Shown here piece by piece: positions 29,574-40,097 of a stretch of DNA of 64,000 nucleotides. How positions within the stretch are numbered: position 1 is the first letter of the stretch; each line of letters begins with the position of its first letter. This stretch comes from an uncultured Acidobacteriota bacterium. GTDB taxonomy: Bacteria; Acidobacteriota; Thermoanaerobaculia; Gp7-AA8. The position numbers and the translations under genes are program-made. Below the pieces are notes generated by a model. The model saw only the letters and a list, made by a program, of their open reading frames with translations, searched no databases and was not told where the DNA came from. Where the stretch lies: assembly GCA_963741955.1 (NCBI GenBank), contig CAVUKB010000013.1, forward strand, positions 1-64,000. The letters are read 5' to 3'.

Positions 29574-32369
29574 ATGTCCTCACGCACCATCTCCATACGC
29601 GGCGCGAAAACGCACAACCTCAAGAACGTCTCGGTCGAGATTCCGCAGCGGCAGCTCTCGGTGATCACCGGCCGGTCGGGCTCGGGGAAATCGTCCCTCG
29701 CGTTCGACACTCTCTACGCCGAAGGGCAGCGGAGATTCGTCGAATCGATGTCGACGTACGTCCGTCAGTTTCTGGAGCGGATGGAGCGGCCGGACGTCGA
29801 ACAGATCGAGAACATCCTTCCTGCGCTCGCGATCGAGCAGAAGAACTCGGTGAAGAACGCCCGGTCGACGGTCGGCACCGCGACCGAGCTCGCGGACCAC
29901 ATCCGGCTTTTCATGACCTACTGTGGCGAAACGATCTGTCCCGGGTGCAACCTCCCCGTTCTGAAGGAGTCACCGGAGACGGTCGCTTCCACACTCCTCG
30001 AGGAGCTCGACGGCGCGCGGGCGATGGTTCTCGCGCCTCTCCGCTTTCCTCCTGACGGATACAGGGCGACCATGCAGCAGCTGGTGAAGGGAGGCTTCTT
30101 CCGGATCTGGCTCGACGGCGAGGTTCGCGACATCAAGGATCTGGAGGAGCAGAAGTCTGGAGAGCTCCAGGTCGTGATCGACCGTCTGCGGATCACGTCC
30201 GACGATCGGGCGCGCGTGGTGGCCGCGATCGAGCAGGCGTTCGCCCTCGGCTCCGGCGACGCGCTGGTTCTCGAGCGGAGCGACGACAACTGGCTTCCCC
30301 ACCGGTTCACCGTGCGCTTCGCCTGCAACCGCTGCGGGCGTGAGTTCCAGGAGCCGCGGCCACACCTTTTCTCGTTCAACTCCCCTCTCGGAGCGTGCGA
30401 AACGTGTCAGGGATACGGGCGGGTGATCGGTTTCGATATCGACAAGGTGATTCCGGTCCGATCACAGCGGCTGGACGAGCTGCCGATCGCGCCGTGGAAC
30501 ACGCCGGGGTACGAAGACACGTACGACGATCTCGAGAAGGCGGCGAAGAAGTACAAGCTGCGTCTCGACGTCCCGGTCGAAGATCTCACCGAGGATGAAT
30601 GGGACGTGCTCTACAACGGGCGCGGAAAGTGGTATGGCATCAAAGGATTCTTCGACTGGCTGGAGACGAAGAAGTACAAGATCCACGTCCGGGTGAAGCT
30701 CGCGAAGTACCGGAGCTACGAACCGTGCAACGCGTGCGGCGGATCGCGCCTGAAGGCGGAGGCGCTGTTCGTGAAGTTCCGCGGGAAGTCGGTGGCCGAT
30801 CTCTTCGCGATGAACGTCGGGGCGGCGCGTCACTTCTGGGAGTACCTCCCGCTCTCGGAGAGCGAAGAAAAGATCGCCGGTCATCTTCGCCGGGAGATTC
30901 TGAACCGGCTGATCTACCTCGACGAAGTCGGACTCTCGTATCTCACACTCGACCGCCAGACCAGGACGCTCTCCGGAGGGGAGGCGCAGCGCATCAACCT
31001 CGCATCCGCGCTCGGAAGCGCGCTGACGGAAACGCTCTACGTGATCGACGAGCCGACGGTCGGTCTGCACGCGCGCGACAGCGAACGGCTCCTCTCCGTC
31101 CTCTACCGGCTCCGGAACGCAGGGAACACCGTGGTCGTCGTCGAGCACGATCCGACCATCATCGCCGGCGCGGACTACATCGTGGAGCTCGGCCCGGGCG
31201 CCGGCGAATACGGCGGGCGACTCCTCGCGGCGGAGCCGCGGGAGCCGTACTTCCGGCGCAAGCTCGAGGAACGCGAAGGGATGCAGCCGGATACGCCGGA
31301 TGAAGAGCCGGTCGAGGAGCGCGAGGAGAACGTGTCGAGTCCGTGGGTGACCGTGCACGGGGCGGCGCAGAACAACCTGAAGAACATCGACGTCTCGATT
31401 CCGCTCGACAAGCTGGTCGCGATCACCGGGGTCTCCGGATCCGGAAAGTCGACGCTGGTCCGCGACTGTCTCTACAACGGATACCAGCGCGTGTTCCGTG
31501 CTGCGTCGAGCGTCGACGTCGGGAAATTCAGCTCCATCACCGGGGCGGAGAACGTGGACGACATTCAGCTGGTCGATCAGTCTCCGATCGGACGCTCCAC
31601 CCGCTCGAATCCGGCGACGTACATCAAGGCGTGGGACGACATCCGGAAGCTTCTCGCGTCGACGACCAGCGCGAAGCTCAACGGCGTCACGGCGGGGATG
31701 TTCTCGTTCAACACCAACGGCGGCCGATGCGACGCATGCGAAGGAACCGGGACGACGATCATCGACATGCAGTTCCTCGCGGACGTCGAAGTGGTGTGTG
31801 AGAAGTGCGGCGGCAAGCGCTTCAACGACAAGGTGCTGAAAGTCGCGTACAAGCATCGCAATGTCGATGCGATTCTCGACCTGACCGTGGACGAGGCGAT
31901 CAAGTTCTTCGTGGACAAACGGCAGATCGTGAAGAAGCTCTCAGCGCTCCGATCGGTCGGACTCGGGTACCTCCGGCTCGGACAGTCGACGGCATCTCTC
32001 TCCGGCGGGGAGGCGCAGCGCCTCAAGCTCGCATCATTCCTGGTCGGATCGGAGCGGAGCGCCACGCACCGGCTGTTCCTGTTCGACGAGCCGACGACCG
32101 GACTTCATGCGTCGGACGTGAAGCAACTGATCCGAACGTTCCGTGAGCTCATCGAGCGCGGGAACTCGATCGTGGTCATCGAGCACAACACGGACATGAT
32201 CGAGGCGGCGGACTGGGTGATCGACCTCGGGCCGGAGGGGGGCGATGCGGGAGGTGAAGTCGTCGCGATCGGGACGCCTGCCGAGATCGCGAAGAATCCG
32301 GCCAGCCTCACCGGACGATTCCTCTACCGCGACACGGTCGCTCACGGGGCCGGGAAGCCCGCGGCGTAA
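29574..32369 (+). CDS. uvrA: Excinuclease ABC subunit A
   Basis: Two ABC ATPase modules ([26 protein letters not shown] twice), zinc fingers, 'FSFNSP.GAC'. Confidence 0.95.
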   Translation: MSSRTISIRGAKTHNLKNVSVEIPQRQLSVITGRSGSGKSSLAFDTLYAEGQRRFVESMSTYVRQFLERMERPDVEQIENILPALAIEQKNSVKNARSTVGTATELADHIRLFMTYCGETICPGCNLPVLKESPETVASTLLEELDGARAMVLAPLRFPPDGYRATMQQLVKGGFFRIWLDGEVRDIKDLEEQKSGELQVVIDRLRITSDDRARVVAAIEQAFALGSGDALVLERSDDNWLPHRFTVRFACNRCGREFQEPRPHLFSFNSPLGACETCQGYGRVIGFDIDKVIPVRSQRLDELPIAPWNTPGYEDTYDDLEKAAKKYKLRLDVPVEDLTEDEWDVLYNGRGKWYGIKGFFDWLETKKYKIHVRVKLAKYRSYEPCNACGGSRLKAEALFVKFRGKSVADLFAMNVGAARHFWEYLPLSESEEKIAGHLRREILNRLIYLDEVGLSYLTLDRQTRTLSGGEAQRINLASALGSALTETLYVIDEPTVGLHARDSERLLSVLYRLRNAGNTVVVVEHDPTIIAGADYIVELGPGAGEYGGRLLAAEPREPYFRRKLEEREGMQPDTPDEEPVEEREENVSSPWVTVHGAAQNNLKNIDVSIPLDKLVAITGVSGSGKSTLVRDCLYNGYQRVFRAASSVDVGKFSSITGAENVDDIQLVDQSPIGRSTRSNPATYIKAWDDIRKLLASTTSAKLNGVTAGMFSFNTNGGRCDACEGTGTTIIDMQFLADVEVVCEKCGGKRFNDKVLKVAYKHRNVDAILDLTVDEAIKFFVDKRQIVKKLSALRSVGLGYLRLGQSTASLSGGEAQRLKLASFLVGSERSATHRLFLFDEPTTGLHASDVKQLIRTFRELIERGNSIVVIEHNTDMIEAADWVIDLGPEGGDAGGEVVAIGTPAEIAKNPASLTGRFLYRDTVAHGAGKPAA

Positions 32370-32479
32370 TTGGCCGTAAATATTCTGCGATCGGGCTTGT
32401 ACGCAGAATTTAGTTCGCCCGAGCGAAGCTGTAGCGGTATTTTATTCTTCTAAAGTCCTATTGGGCCAAATATTCTGTG

Positions 32480-34800
32480 GCTCCGCTTCCGCCACAGGCG
32501 TCCTCTCGATCCGCTTCGAACGCGATTCGCGCGGCGGATCGCAAATCCGCACTTCCATGGCGCGAACGTGAGTCGCATTGAGGTGCTTGTGCGACTGATC
32601 GTGCCGCCCCCTCACGGGGGCTCCCATCTGCATTCCTCGATCTCCGGACCTCCGCCTGACGGCGGAGGCTGAACGGGCTGGCGCCCTTCGGGCTCACGGG
32701 CGAACCGGAGAGCCGCGATATGACGTTCCATCGTACTGAGTCTTCGGAGGCGGGTTTTCAAATCGCGCAAATGGAATCGCTGTCGAAGGACCGAACTGCA
32801 CCTACCACGGAACCGGTTCGGAAGAAAGACGCCCGTTCGGTCCGTGGCAATTCGCGCAAATGGATTCGTGATCGGAGCCCCGGATCTCTCCGTTAACGCG
32901 AGCGTGCTCCGGGAAGTGACGCCCGTTCCACCAATCGCAAATGCTTCCGCCACAGGCGTCCTCTCGATCCGCTTCGAACGCGATTCGCGCGGCGGATCGC
33001 AAATCCGCACTTCCATGGCGCGAACGTGAGTCGCATTGAGGTGCTTGTGCGACTGATCGTGCCGCCCCCTCACGGGGGCTCCCATCTGCATTCCTCGATC
33101 TCCGGACCTCCGCCTGACGGCGGAGGCTAAACGAGCTGGCGCCCTTCGGGCTCACGGGCGAACCGGAGAGCCGCGATGCGACGTTCCGTCGTACTGAATC
33201 TTCGGAGGCGGGTTTTCAAATCGCGCAAATGGAATCGCTGTCGAAGGACCGAACTGCACCTACCACGGAACCGGTTCGGAAGAAAGACGCCCGTTCGGTC
33301 CGTGGCAATTCACGCAAATGAAATCGTGATCGGAGCCCCGGATCTCTCCGTTAACGCGAGCGTGCTCCGGGAAGTGACGCCCGTTCCACCAATCGCAAAT
33401 GCTTCTGCCGCAGACGTCCTTTCGATCCGGTTCCGAACACGAGTCGCGCGGCCGATTGCAAATCCGCACTTCCATGGCGCGAACGTGAGTCGCATTGAGG
33501 TGCTTGTGCGACTGATCGTGCCGCCCCCTCACGGGGGCTCCCATCTGCATTCCTCGATCTCCGGACCTCCGCCTGACGGCGGAGGCTAAACGGGCTGGCG
33601 CCCTTCGGGCTCACGGGCGAACCGGAGAGCCGCGATGTGACGTTCCATCGTACTGAGTCTTCGGAGGCGGGTTTTCAAATCGCGCAAATGGAATCGCTGT
33701 CGAAGGACCGAACTGCACCTACCACGGAACCGGTTCGGAAGAAAGACGCCCGTTCGGTCCGTGGCAATTCGCGCAAATGAAATCGTGATCGGAGCCCCGG
33801 ATCTCTCCGTTAACGCGAGCGTGCTCCGGGAAGTGACGCCCGTTCCACCAATCGCAAATGCTTCTGCCGCAGACGTCCTTTCGATCCGGCTCCGAACACG
33901 AGTCGCGCGGCCGATTGCAAATCCGCACTTCCATGGCGCGAACGTGAGTCGCATTGAGGTGCTTGTGCGACTGATCGTGCCGCCCCCTCACGGGGGCTCC
34001 CATCTGCATTCCTCGATCTCCGGACCTCCGCCTGACGGCGGAGGCTAAACGGGCTGGCGCCCTTCGGGCTCACGGGCGAACCGGAGAGCCGTGATGCGAC
34101 GTTCCATCGTACTGAGTCTTCGGAGGCGGGTTTTCAAATCGCGCAATTGAAATCGCTGTCGAAGGCACGAACTGCACCGGCCACGGAAACGGTTCGGAAG
34201 AAAGACGCCCGTTCGGTCGATGGCAATTCGCGCAAATGAAATCGTGGTCGGAGCCCTGGATCTCTCCGGTTACGCAACCGTTCTCCGGGAAGAAACGCCC
34301 GTTCCAGCCACAGCAAATGCTTCTGCCGCAGACGTCCTTTCGATCCGGCTCCGAACACGAGTCGCGCGGCGGATTGCAAATCCGCACTTCCATGGCGCGA
34401 ACGTGAGTCGCATTGAGGTGCTTGTGCGACTGATCGTGCCGCCCCCTCACGGGGGCTCCCATCTGCATTCCTCGATCTCCGGACCTCCGCCTGACGGCGG
34501 AGGCTAAACGAGCTGGCGCCCTTCGGGCTCACGGGCGAACCGGAGAGCCGCGATGCGACGTTCCGTCGTACTGAATCTTCGGAGGCGGGTTTTCAAATCG
34601 CGCAAATGGAATCGCTGTCGAAGGACCGAACCGCACCGGCCACGGAACCGGTTCGGAAGAAAGACGCCCGTTCGGTCCGTGGCAATTCGCGCAAATGAAA
34701 TCGTGATCGGAGCCCCGGATCTCTCCGTTAACGCGAGCCTGCTCCGGGAAGTGACGCCCGTTCCACCAATCGCAAATGCTTCTGCCGCAGACGTCTCGTC
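32480..34800. repeat. Tandem array 4 (5 units of 458-459 bp)
   Basis: Unit starts GCTTC(C/T)GCC at 32485, 32943, 33401, 33860, 34319 and 34778 (the last is a stub). Confidence 0.97.
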
Positions 34801-34802
34801 GA

Positions 34803-35504
34803 TCAATCCGGATTCGTCGCCCAGACCGAGACCTCCGGAACGAATCCTCGATCGTCCATCTCGAGAAGAGCGGCGATGGTGTGCGCGATCTCGATGGGGC
34901 GCAGCTTTTTCTCGCTCCCCTTCCGGGAACTTCCGGAGCTGTTGAAGAACTCCGTCTGCACTTCGCTCGGATTGACCTCCATCACCCGAATCTCGTGCTT
35001 CCGAAGCTCCGCGCGCCAGCACTCGGTCATTCCTCGAAGCGCGAACTTGCTCGATGCGTACGCCGTCCCTCCGGCGAATCCGCGAAGTCCGGCAGTCGAA
35101 GCGATGTTGATGATGTTCCCGCCGCCTCGCTTCACGAAATGCCGCGCCGATTCCCGCGCCACCATCATCGCCCCGAAGACGTTCGTCGCGTAGACATCCT
35201 TCATCGCATCGAGATCCGTCTCGAGGAGCGGCGCGAAGTGGCCGAATCCTGCATTGTTGACGAGGACGTTGTAGTCCCCGAGCTGCCGGATCGATTCGGC
35301 AACCAGCCGCTCGACGTCTTCGGGCCGGGAAACGTCCGCCGCCACCGCGATCGCACCGACCGTTTTCGCTGCGGCGTTCAGCTTCGTCTCGTCGCGACCG
35401 CAGATGACGACTTTCGCTCCGCGGGACACCAGGAGCCTCGCGGTCTCCAGACCGATCCCCGAGCTCCCTCCGGTGACGAGCGCACGCACTTCTTCCAGCT
35501 TCAT
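34803..35504 (-). CDS. Short-chain dehydrogenase/reductase
   Basis: 'TGGSSGIG', 'NNAG', 'YASSK'. Confidence 0.93.
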   Translation of the reverse strand: MKLEEVRALVTGGSSGIGLETARLLVSRGAKVVICGRDETKLNAAAKTVGAIAVAADVSRPEDVERLVAESIRQLGDYNVLVNNAGFGHFAPLLETDLDAMKDVYATNVFGAMMVARESARHFVKRGGGNIINIASTAGLRGFAGGTAYASSKFALRGMTECWRAELRKHEIRVMEVNPSEVQTEFFNSSGSSRKGSEKKLRPIEIAHTIAALLEMDDRGFVPEVSVWATNPD

Positions 35505-35577
35505 CTGAACCTCCTGATCTCCCCGGGAGTCTGCGCGGCAGTGATGTCCGCTGCCCACGGTTTCCGCTGTAGTCCGA

Positions 35578-35586
35578 TGTTACAAT
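35578..35586 (+). promoter_or_regulatory. Putative extended -10 (TG-N-TACAAT) for the OPT gene
   Basis: Motif match about 70 bp upstream of the start codon. Confidence 0.35.
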
Positions 35587-35654
35587 GCTGCGTTCGCCAG
35601 CGGTTCGGCCAATCACCAGTGCAACCCGATTTCACCCTTTGAGAGAGGGATTTC

Positions 35655-38207
35655 ATGACGACTACTGAATTACCGCCCGCCGCAGGAGGGGGAGAATCGA
35701 ACGGATCGGCTTCGCCGAAGCCGTCTCTGTTCGAGCCGTTCATCCCTGCTCGCGCCGTGATGCGCGAGCTGACGATCGGGCCCCTGATCCTCGGCACCAT
35801 CCTCGGAATGATCTTCGGAGCCTCGTCGCTGTATCTCGTTCTGAAGGTCGGACTCACCGTCAGCGCTTCGATTCCCGTCGCAGTCATCTCGATCACGCTT
35901 TTCAAGATCTTCTCCAAGCTCGGCGGAAAAGAAGCCACGATCCTCGAGAACAACATCGTGCAGACCGCCGGCTCGGCCGGTGAATCGATCGCGTTCGGCG
36001 TCGGCGTCACGATGCCCGCGATCATGATTCTCGGGTTCAATCTCGAGATCGGCCGGGTGATGATCGTTGCGGTTCTCGGCGGCCTGCTGGGAATTCTGAT
36101 GATGATCCCGCTTCGCCGCGCGCTGATCGTGCAGCAGCATGGACTCCTCAAGTATCCGGAGGGGACTGCGTGCGCGGAGGTGCTCAAGGCCGGCGCATCC
36201 CCCGAGTCGAAGGCGCAGGCTTCCGACTCGGCACGCCGCGACATCGATGCCGCAGCCGCAGCCGGAAGTGGAATCACGAGCGCGCACACGATCTTCACCG
36301 GATTCGGGATCGGCCTCGTCTACAAGGCGGCCATGGCCGCATTCAAGGCGTGGAAGGACATCCCGGAGAAGATCTTCGCGGCTCCGTTCCGCGCCGGATC
36401 CGTTTCGGCGGAGATTTCGCCCGAGCTGATGGGCGTCGGCTACATCATCGGGCCGCGCATCGCAGCGGTCATGGCCGCAGGAGGCGTCCTCGCGTACCTC
36501 GTGTTCATCCCGATGATCAAATTCTTCGGGGCCGGCGCGGGCGTGATCGCACCGGGAACCATCCCGATCGCACAGATGTCGCCGAATCAGATCCGCGGCG
36601 CGTACGTGCTGTACATCGGTGCCGGCGCCGTCGCCGCGGCAGGGATCATCAGCGTGCTTCGCGCTCTCCCGACCATCTGGCACGGCATCAAGGAAGGTCT
36701 GAAAGACGTCGGTTCCGGAACGCGTACCGCCGTCCTCGACATCCACCGGACCGAGCACGACCTGCCGATGAAGGTGGTGTTCATCGGAATCATCGCGCTG
36801 GTCATCGCGATCAGTCTCGCACCTCCCCTGGAGATGAATCCGCTCGGCGCGATCCTGATCGTCGTCTTCGGATTCCTCTTCGTCACGGTCTCCTCGCGTC
36901 TCACCGGCGAGATCGGTTCGTCGTCGAACCCGATCTCCGGGATGACGGTCGCCACGCTCCTTCTGACGTGCCTGATCTTCCTGGTGCTCGGATGGACGTC
37001 GCGACACTACTTCGTGACCGCCCTCTCGGTCGGCGCGATCGTCTGCATCGCGGCGTCGAATGGAGGCACCACTTCGCAGGACCTGAAAACCGGATTCCTG
37101 GTCGGTGCGACTCCCCGGGCCCAGCAGATCGCGATTCTGGTCGGTGCGCTCGCATCCGCGCTGGTTCTCGGACCGATCCTTCTCAAGCTCAACTCCGCGG
37201 GAACGATCTACGTTCCGCGCGAGACGTTCACCAAGGCGGATCTACAGAGCACGATCGATCCTGCCAAGGCCCAGGCACTTCCGCTCTTCCAGAACGAGAA
37301 GACCCCGGGCACCGGGCCGTATCACCTTCTGGCGGTCGGCGGTGAAGGTGAACCGACCGCGATCGCCGGCGTTCGCGCCGGGAACTATCTGGTCGACGAC
37401 AACGGGCGGATCCTGTGGCGTTACATCGAAGCGTTCCCTCCCACCCTCGTTGCACCGGCAAGCGAGATCTCGACCAAGATGGAAGGGTTGAGCGGAGCCG
37501 AGGCGAAGCTCGACAGCAACAAGTACCGCGTCTGGTTCAACACCAATACCGGCAGCGGACTCGCCGGGAAGTACCTCGTCGATGCTCAGGGTCGCGCCAT
37601 GTATCTCGTCGATCCCGGGATCAACGGCGTCTTCACCACCCGGCCCGACGGGACGACGGTGACCAAGTTCAATCCCCCCCAGGCGACGCTCATGTCGTAC
37701 ATCATCAAAGGAATTCTCAATCGTGAGCTTCCGTGGGCGCTGGTGCTCTTCGGAGTGATGATCGCGCTTGTGCTCGAGCTCTCACAGCTTCCCGCACTCG
37801 CGTTCGCTGTAGGCGTCTACCTGCCGCTCTCGTCTTCGACTCCCATTCTCGCCGGCGGTCTGATCCGGTGGGGTGTCGACCGTTACGTCCGCAACAAGTA
37901 CAAGGACGCCAATCTCACGGAAGAGCAGCTGATCGCCGAGACGGATAAGAGTCCGGGCGTGCTGATGGCGTCCGGCTATATCGCGGGCGGCGCGATCGCG
38001 GGCATCATCATCGCGTTCATGGCGGGTGGACTGAGTGATCTGGACAACCGGCTGCAGAACTGGGCAACCGCGCACAACCCGTTCTTCGCAGGGCCGTGGT
38101 CGGATCTGTTGTCGCTGATCCCGTTCGCGATCATCGGGACGGTCCTCTACCTGACCGGTCGCGAGATCATCATGGCGGGACGCAAGAAAAAGAAATCCGC
38201 GGCCTGA
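35655..38207 (+). CDS. OPT family oligopeptide transporter with a large soluble insertion
   Basis: '[12 protein letters not shown]', 'ENNIVQT', '[13 protein letters not shown]', 'SSNPISGM', 'QDLKTG', 'PQATLM'. Confidence 0.95.
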   Translation: MTTTELPPAAGGGESNGSASPKPSLFEPFIPARAVMRELTIGPLILGTILGMIFGASSLYLVLKVGLTVSASIPVAVISITLFKIFSKLGGKEATILENNIVQTAGSAGESIAFGVGVTMPAIMILGFNLEIGRVMIVAVLGGLLGILMMIPLRRALIVQQHGLLKYPEGTACAEVLKAGASPESKAQASDSARRDIDAAAAAGSGITSAHTIFTGFGIGLVYKAAMAAFKAWKDIPEKIFAAPFRAGSVSAEISPELMGVGYIIGPRIAAVMAAGGVLAYLVFIPMIKFFGAGAGVIAPGTIPIAQMSPNQIRGAYVLYIGAGAVAAAGIISVLRALPTIWHGIKEGLKDVGSGTRTAVLDIHRTEHDLPMKVVFIGIIALVIAISLAPPLEMNPLGAILIVVFGFLFVTVSSRLTGEIGSSSNPISGMTVATLLLTCLIFLVLGWTSRHYFVTALSVGAIVCIAASNGGTTSQDLKTGFLVGATPRAQQIAILVGALASALVLGPILLKLNSAGTIYVPRETFTKADLQSTIDPAKAQALPLFQNEKTPGTGPYHLLAVGGEGEPTAIAGVRAGNYLVDDNGRILWRYIEAFPPTLVAPASEISTKMEGLSGAEAKLDSNKYRVWFNTNTGSGLAGKYLVDAQGRAMYLVDPGINGVFTTRPDGTTVTKFNPPQATLMSYIIKGILNRELPWALVLFGVMIALVLELSQLPALAFAVGVYLPLSSSTPILAGGLIRWGVDRYVRNKYKDANLTEEQLIAETDKSPGVLMASGYIAGGAIAGIIIAFMAGGLSDLDNRLQNWATAHNPFFAGPWSDLLSLIPFAIIGTVLYLTGREIIMAGRKKKKSAA

Positions 38208-38228
38208 TCACAGCAACATCGAAACGAG

Positions 38229-38258
38229 AAAAAGCCCGGCAACTCGCCGGGCTTTTTT
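38229..38258. terminator. Bidirectional intrinsic terminator
   Basis: AAAAAGCCCGGC-AACTC-GCCGGGCTTTTTT between convergent genes. Confidence 0.88.
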
Positions 38259-38260
38259 CG

Positions 38261-38755
38261 TCATCGCACCTTTCGAAGTTCCTCGGCGACGATGGTGTCG
38301 ATCAGATGGCGTTGCTCCTGGTGAGACCATGTCGTCGCGATCCGCATCGCGTTCCATCGCGGATACCAGCGGGCAAAGAGGCAGTGCGCGAAAATCACCA
38401 TGTGAACGAAGATCAGAATGGCCACTGAATGATCACGCGACATCCACGGAACGTGAGCCGCGGGCCAGCTGATGAAGAGAAGATCGAGCGCGCCGAGCAA
38501 TGCCGCATCGACCACGTCGCTGATTGCCGCACGGCGCCGCGCCGTGTGGATCTCGACCTCGGTTCCACGCAGGGCTGCGCGCCGCGGTACGCTGGCCGGC
38601 CCACCCGCGCCGGGGAGGAGCCTGACGTTCTCACTGATTCGGGAGTTCACGGTTATTCGTACAAACCGGAAGGCTCGATGATTCCCGTTTCGCGAATTTC
38701 GAGACCGGTCCCGCAGTCGGAATAAACGAGCGGTGACGGCTTCTGCCGGGCCCAT
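38261..38755 (-). CDS. Hypothetical small membrane protein (start uncertain)
   Basis: Two hydrophobic segments; stop codon abuts the terminator. Confidence 0.45.
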   Translation of the reverse strand: MGPAEAVTARLFRLRDRSRNSRNGNHRAFRFVRITVNSRISENVRLLPGAGGPASVPRRAALRGTEVEIHTARRRAAISDVVDAALLGALDLLFISWPAAHVPWMSRDHSVAILIFVHMVIFAHCLFARWYPRWNAMRIATTWSHQEQRHLIDTIVAEELRKVR

Positions 38756-38765
38756 CCGGGCGCGC

Positions 38766-40025
38766 TCAACGCTCTCGTATCGTCTGCGCGATCAGGTTGC
38801 CGTCCGGATCACGAAATGCTCGAATGGCCACATCCTGTCCCCGTTGGAGCTGATCGGCATGCTTGTAGCCGCCGCTGGAGGTCTGGACGACGAAGTCGCT
38901 CGAGGCGAGCACGGCAAGGACCTGTCCTGTATCGGAGTCCCGGACCTGAATCGTCGCCGAACGCTCGAGCGTCTCTTCGATCGTTCCGTAGAGCAGCACG
39001 AGCTCGTAATCGCCCGCACTTGTTTCTGAGGCGGAAGTCTCGGGCGGCGGCGGTTCGGCAGGTGGAGGGGCAGAAGCGACGACTTCTCCCGCGAAACGGA
39101 CCACGTCGGCCCGGAAAACCTTCTCCGCGTAGCGGCCGCTGATCTCCAGATGATCGCCTTTGACGAGATCGGAAACGCGGAGTGGATCACCCTTGCTGTT
39201 CACGGCGCCGCTCACGTCGACGGTGACCTCGCCGTCTCGCCCGAGGTCCATCCGGATCGCGTGCTTTTGCGGATCGATTGCGACCACTCGGCCGTGAATC
39301 GAGGTGAGGGTCCGGTTCTGCCGGACGGCGGGCGCGCTGGTCCGCACATTCTGCACGACCTCGATCGAATCCGTCCGAATCGAATTTCCAGCCGCCGCGA
39401 CGACATGCGCCCGGACGACATCGCCCTCTTCCAGATTCAGGATGTGATAGGTCGTCCCCTGGTATTGCACGGGGGTGTTGGGAGTTCCGTCGAGCGTCCA
39501 CTGCTGCCCTGCGGCGTCAATGACGACCAGATCGGAGCCTCCCTCGTCCACCGTGCGCACCGTTCCTTCGATTGTCGTTCCGGGCGCAGGTGCTTTGGCA
39601 GCGACGTTGCCGGTGATCACGCGACCGAGGAGCTGCACTCGCTCCGCACGGATGGCGTTTCCGGGGCGACCGATCCCGTCGACCCGCACGCGATCCCCCG
39701 TTTCGATTTTCCGGAAGCCTTCCGTCCCGCTGAAGACCTGACCCGGATCCGCCGTCCCGTATCCGAAGAAGCGGGTCGAGACAGGATCGGTATTCACGGT
39801 GACCTTCGCCCTCGCCTGATCGGCATCGGGAACCAGTGAGAACGCGGTGTCCCGCCCGTCGAGAGCGATCACAGTACCGACGATGGAGCCGTTCGCCTCC
39901 GGCTGAATATCGGCGGCTGTACTCCAGTCAGGTCGACCCTGTCCGAAAACGGGTACACAAAGGGTGAGAACACCGATCGCGAATCCGGCGACGAATCGGA
40001 GCGGAAACGATTGCTGCGTCTGCAT
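38766..40025 (-). CDS. Secreted protein with repeated OB-like DUF5666-type domains
   Basis: Signal peptide; four repeats of the 'G.V...D....L..GD.V.V.G....I.A..V' type. Confidence 0.7.
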   Translation of the reverse strand: MQTQQSFPLRFVAGFAIGVLTLCVPVFGQGRPDWSTAADIQPEANGSIVGTVIALDGRDTAFSLVPDADQARAKVTVNTDPVSTRFFGYGTADPGQVFSGTEGFRKIETGDRVRVDGIGRPGNAIRAERVQLLGRVITGNVAAKAPAPGTTIEGTVRTVDEGGSDLVVIDAAGQQWTLDGTPNTPVQYQGTTYHILNLEEGDVVRAHVVAAAGNSIRTDSIEVVQNVRTSAPAVRQNRTLTSIHGRVVAIDPQKHAIRMDLGRDGEVTVDVSGAVNSKGDPLRVSDLVKGDHLEISGRYAEKVFRADVVRFAGEVVASAPPPAEPPPPETSASETSAGDYELVLLYGTIEETLERSATIQVRDSDTGQVLAVLASSDFVVQTSSGGYKHADQLQRGQDVAIRAFRDPDGNLIAQTIRER

Positions 40026-40066
40026 TTGGGCTTCCTCCGGTGCACTTGCGGCATTTGACGATCACG

Positions 40067-40081
40067 GCAAACGGTGCGCCA
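40067..40081 (-). promoter_or_regulatory. Putative sigma54 (-24/-12) promoter
   Basis: TGGCGCACCGTTTGC (GG-N10-GC) about 42 bp upstream of the ATG at 40025. Confidence 0.5.
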
Positions 40082-40097
40082 TTCACGTGGAGCGTTC

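Noticed and set aside
2655-34800. Tandem arrays as CRISPR arrays
   Set aside because: The segments between palindromes are near-identical rather than unique, periods are 130-459 bp, and no cas genes are present.
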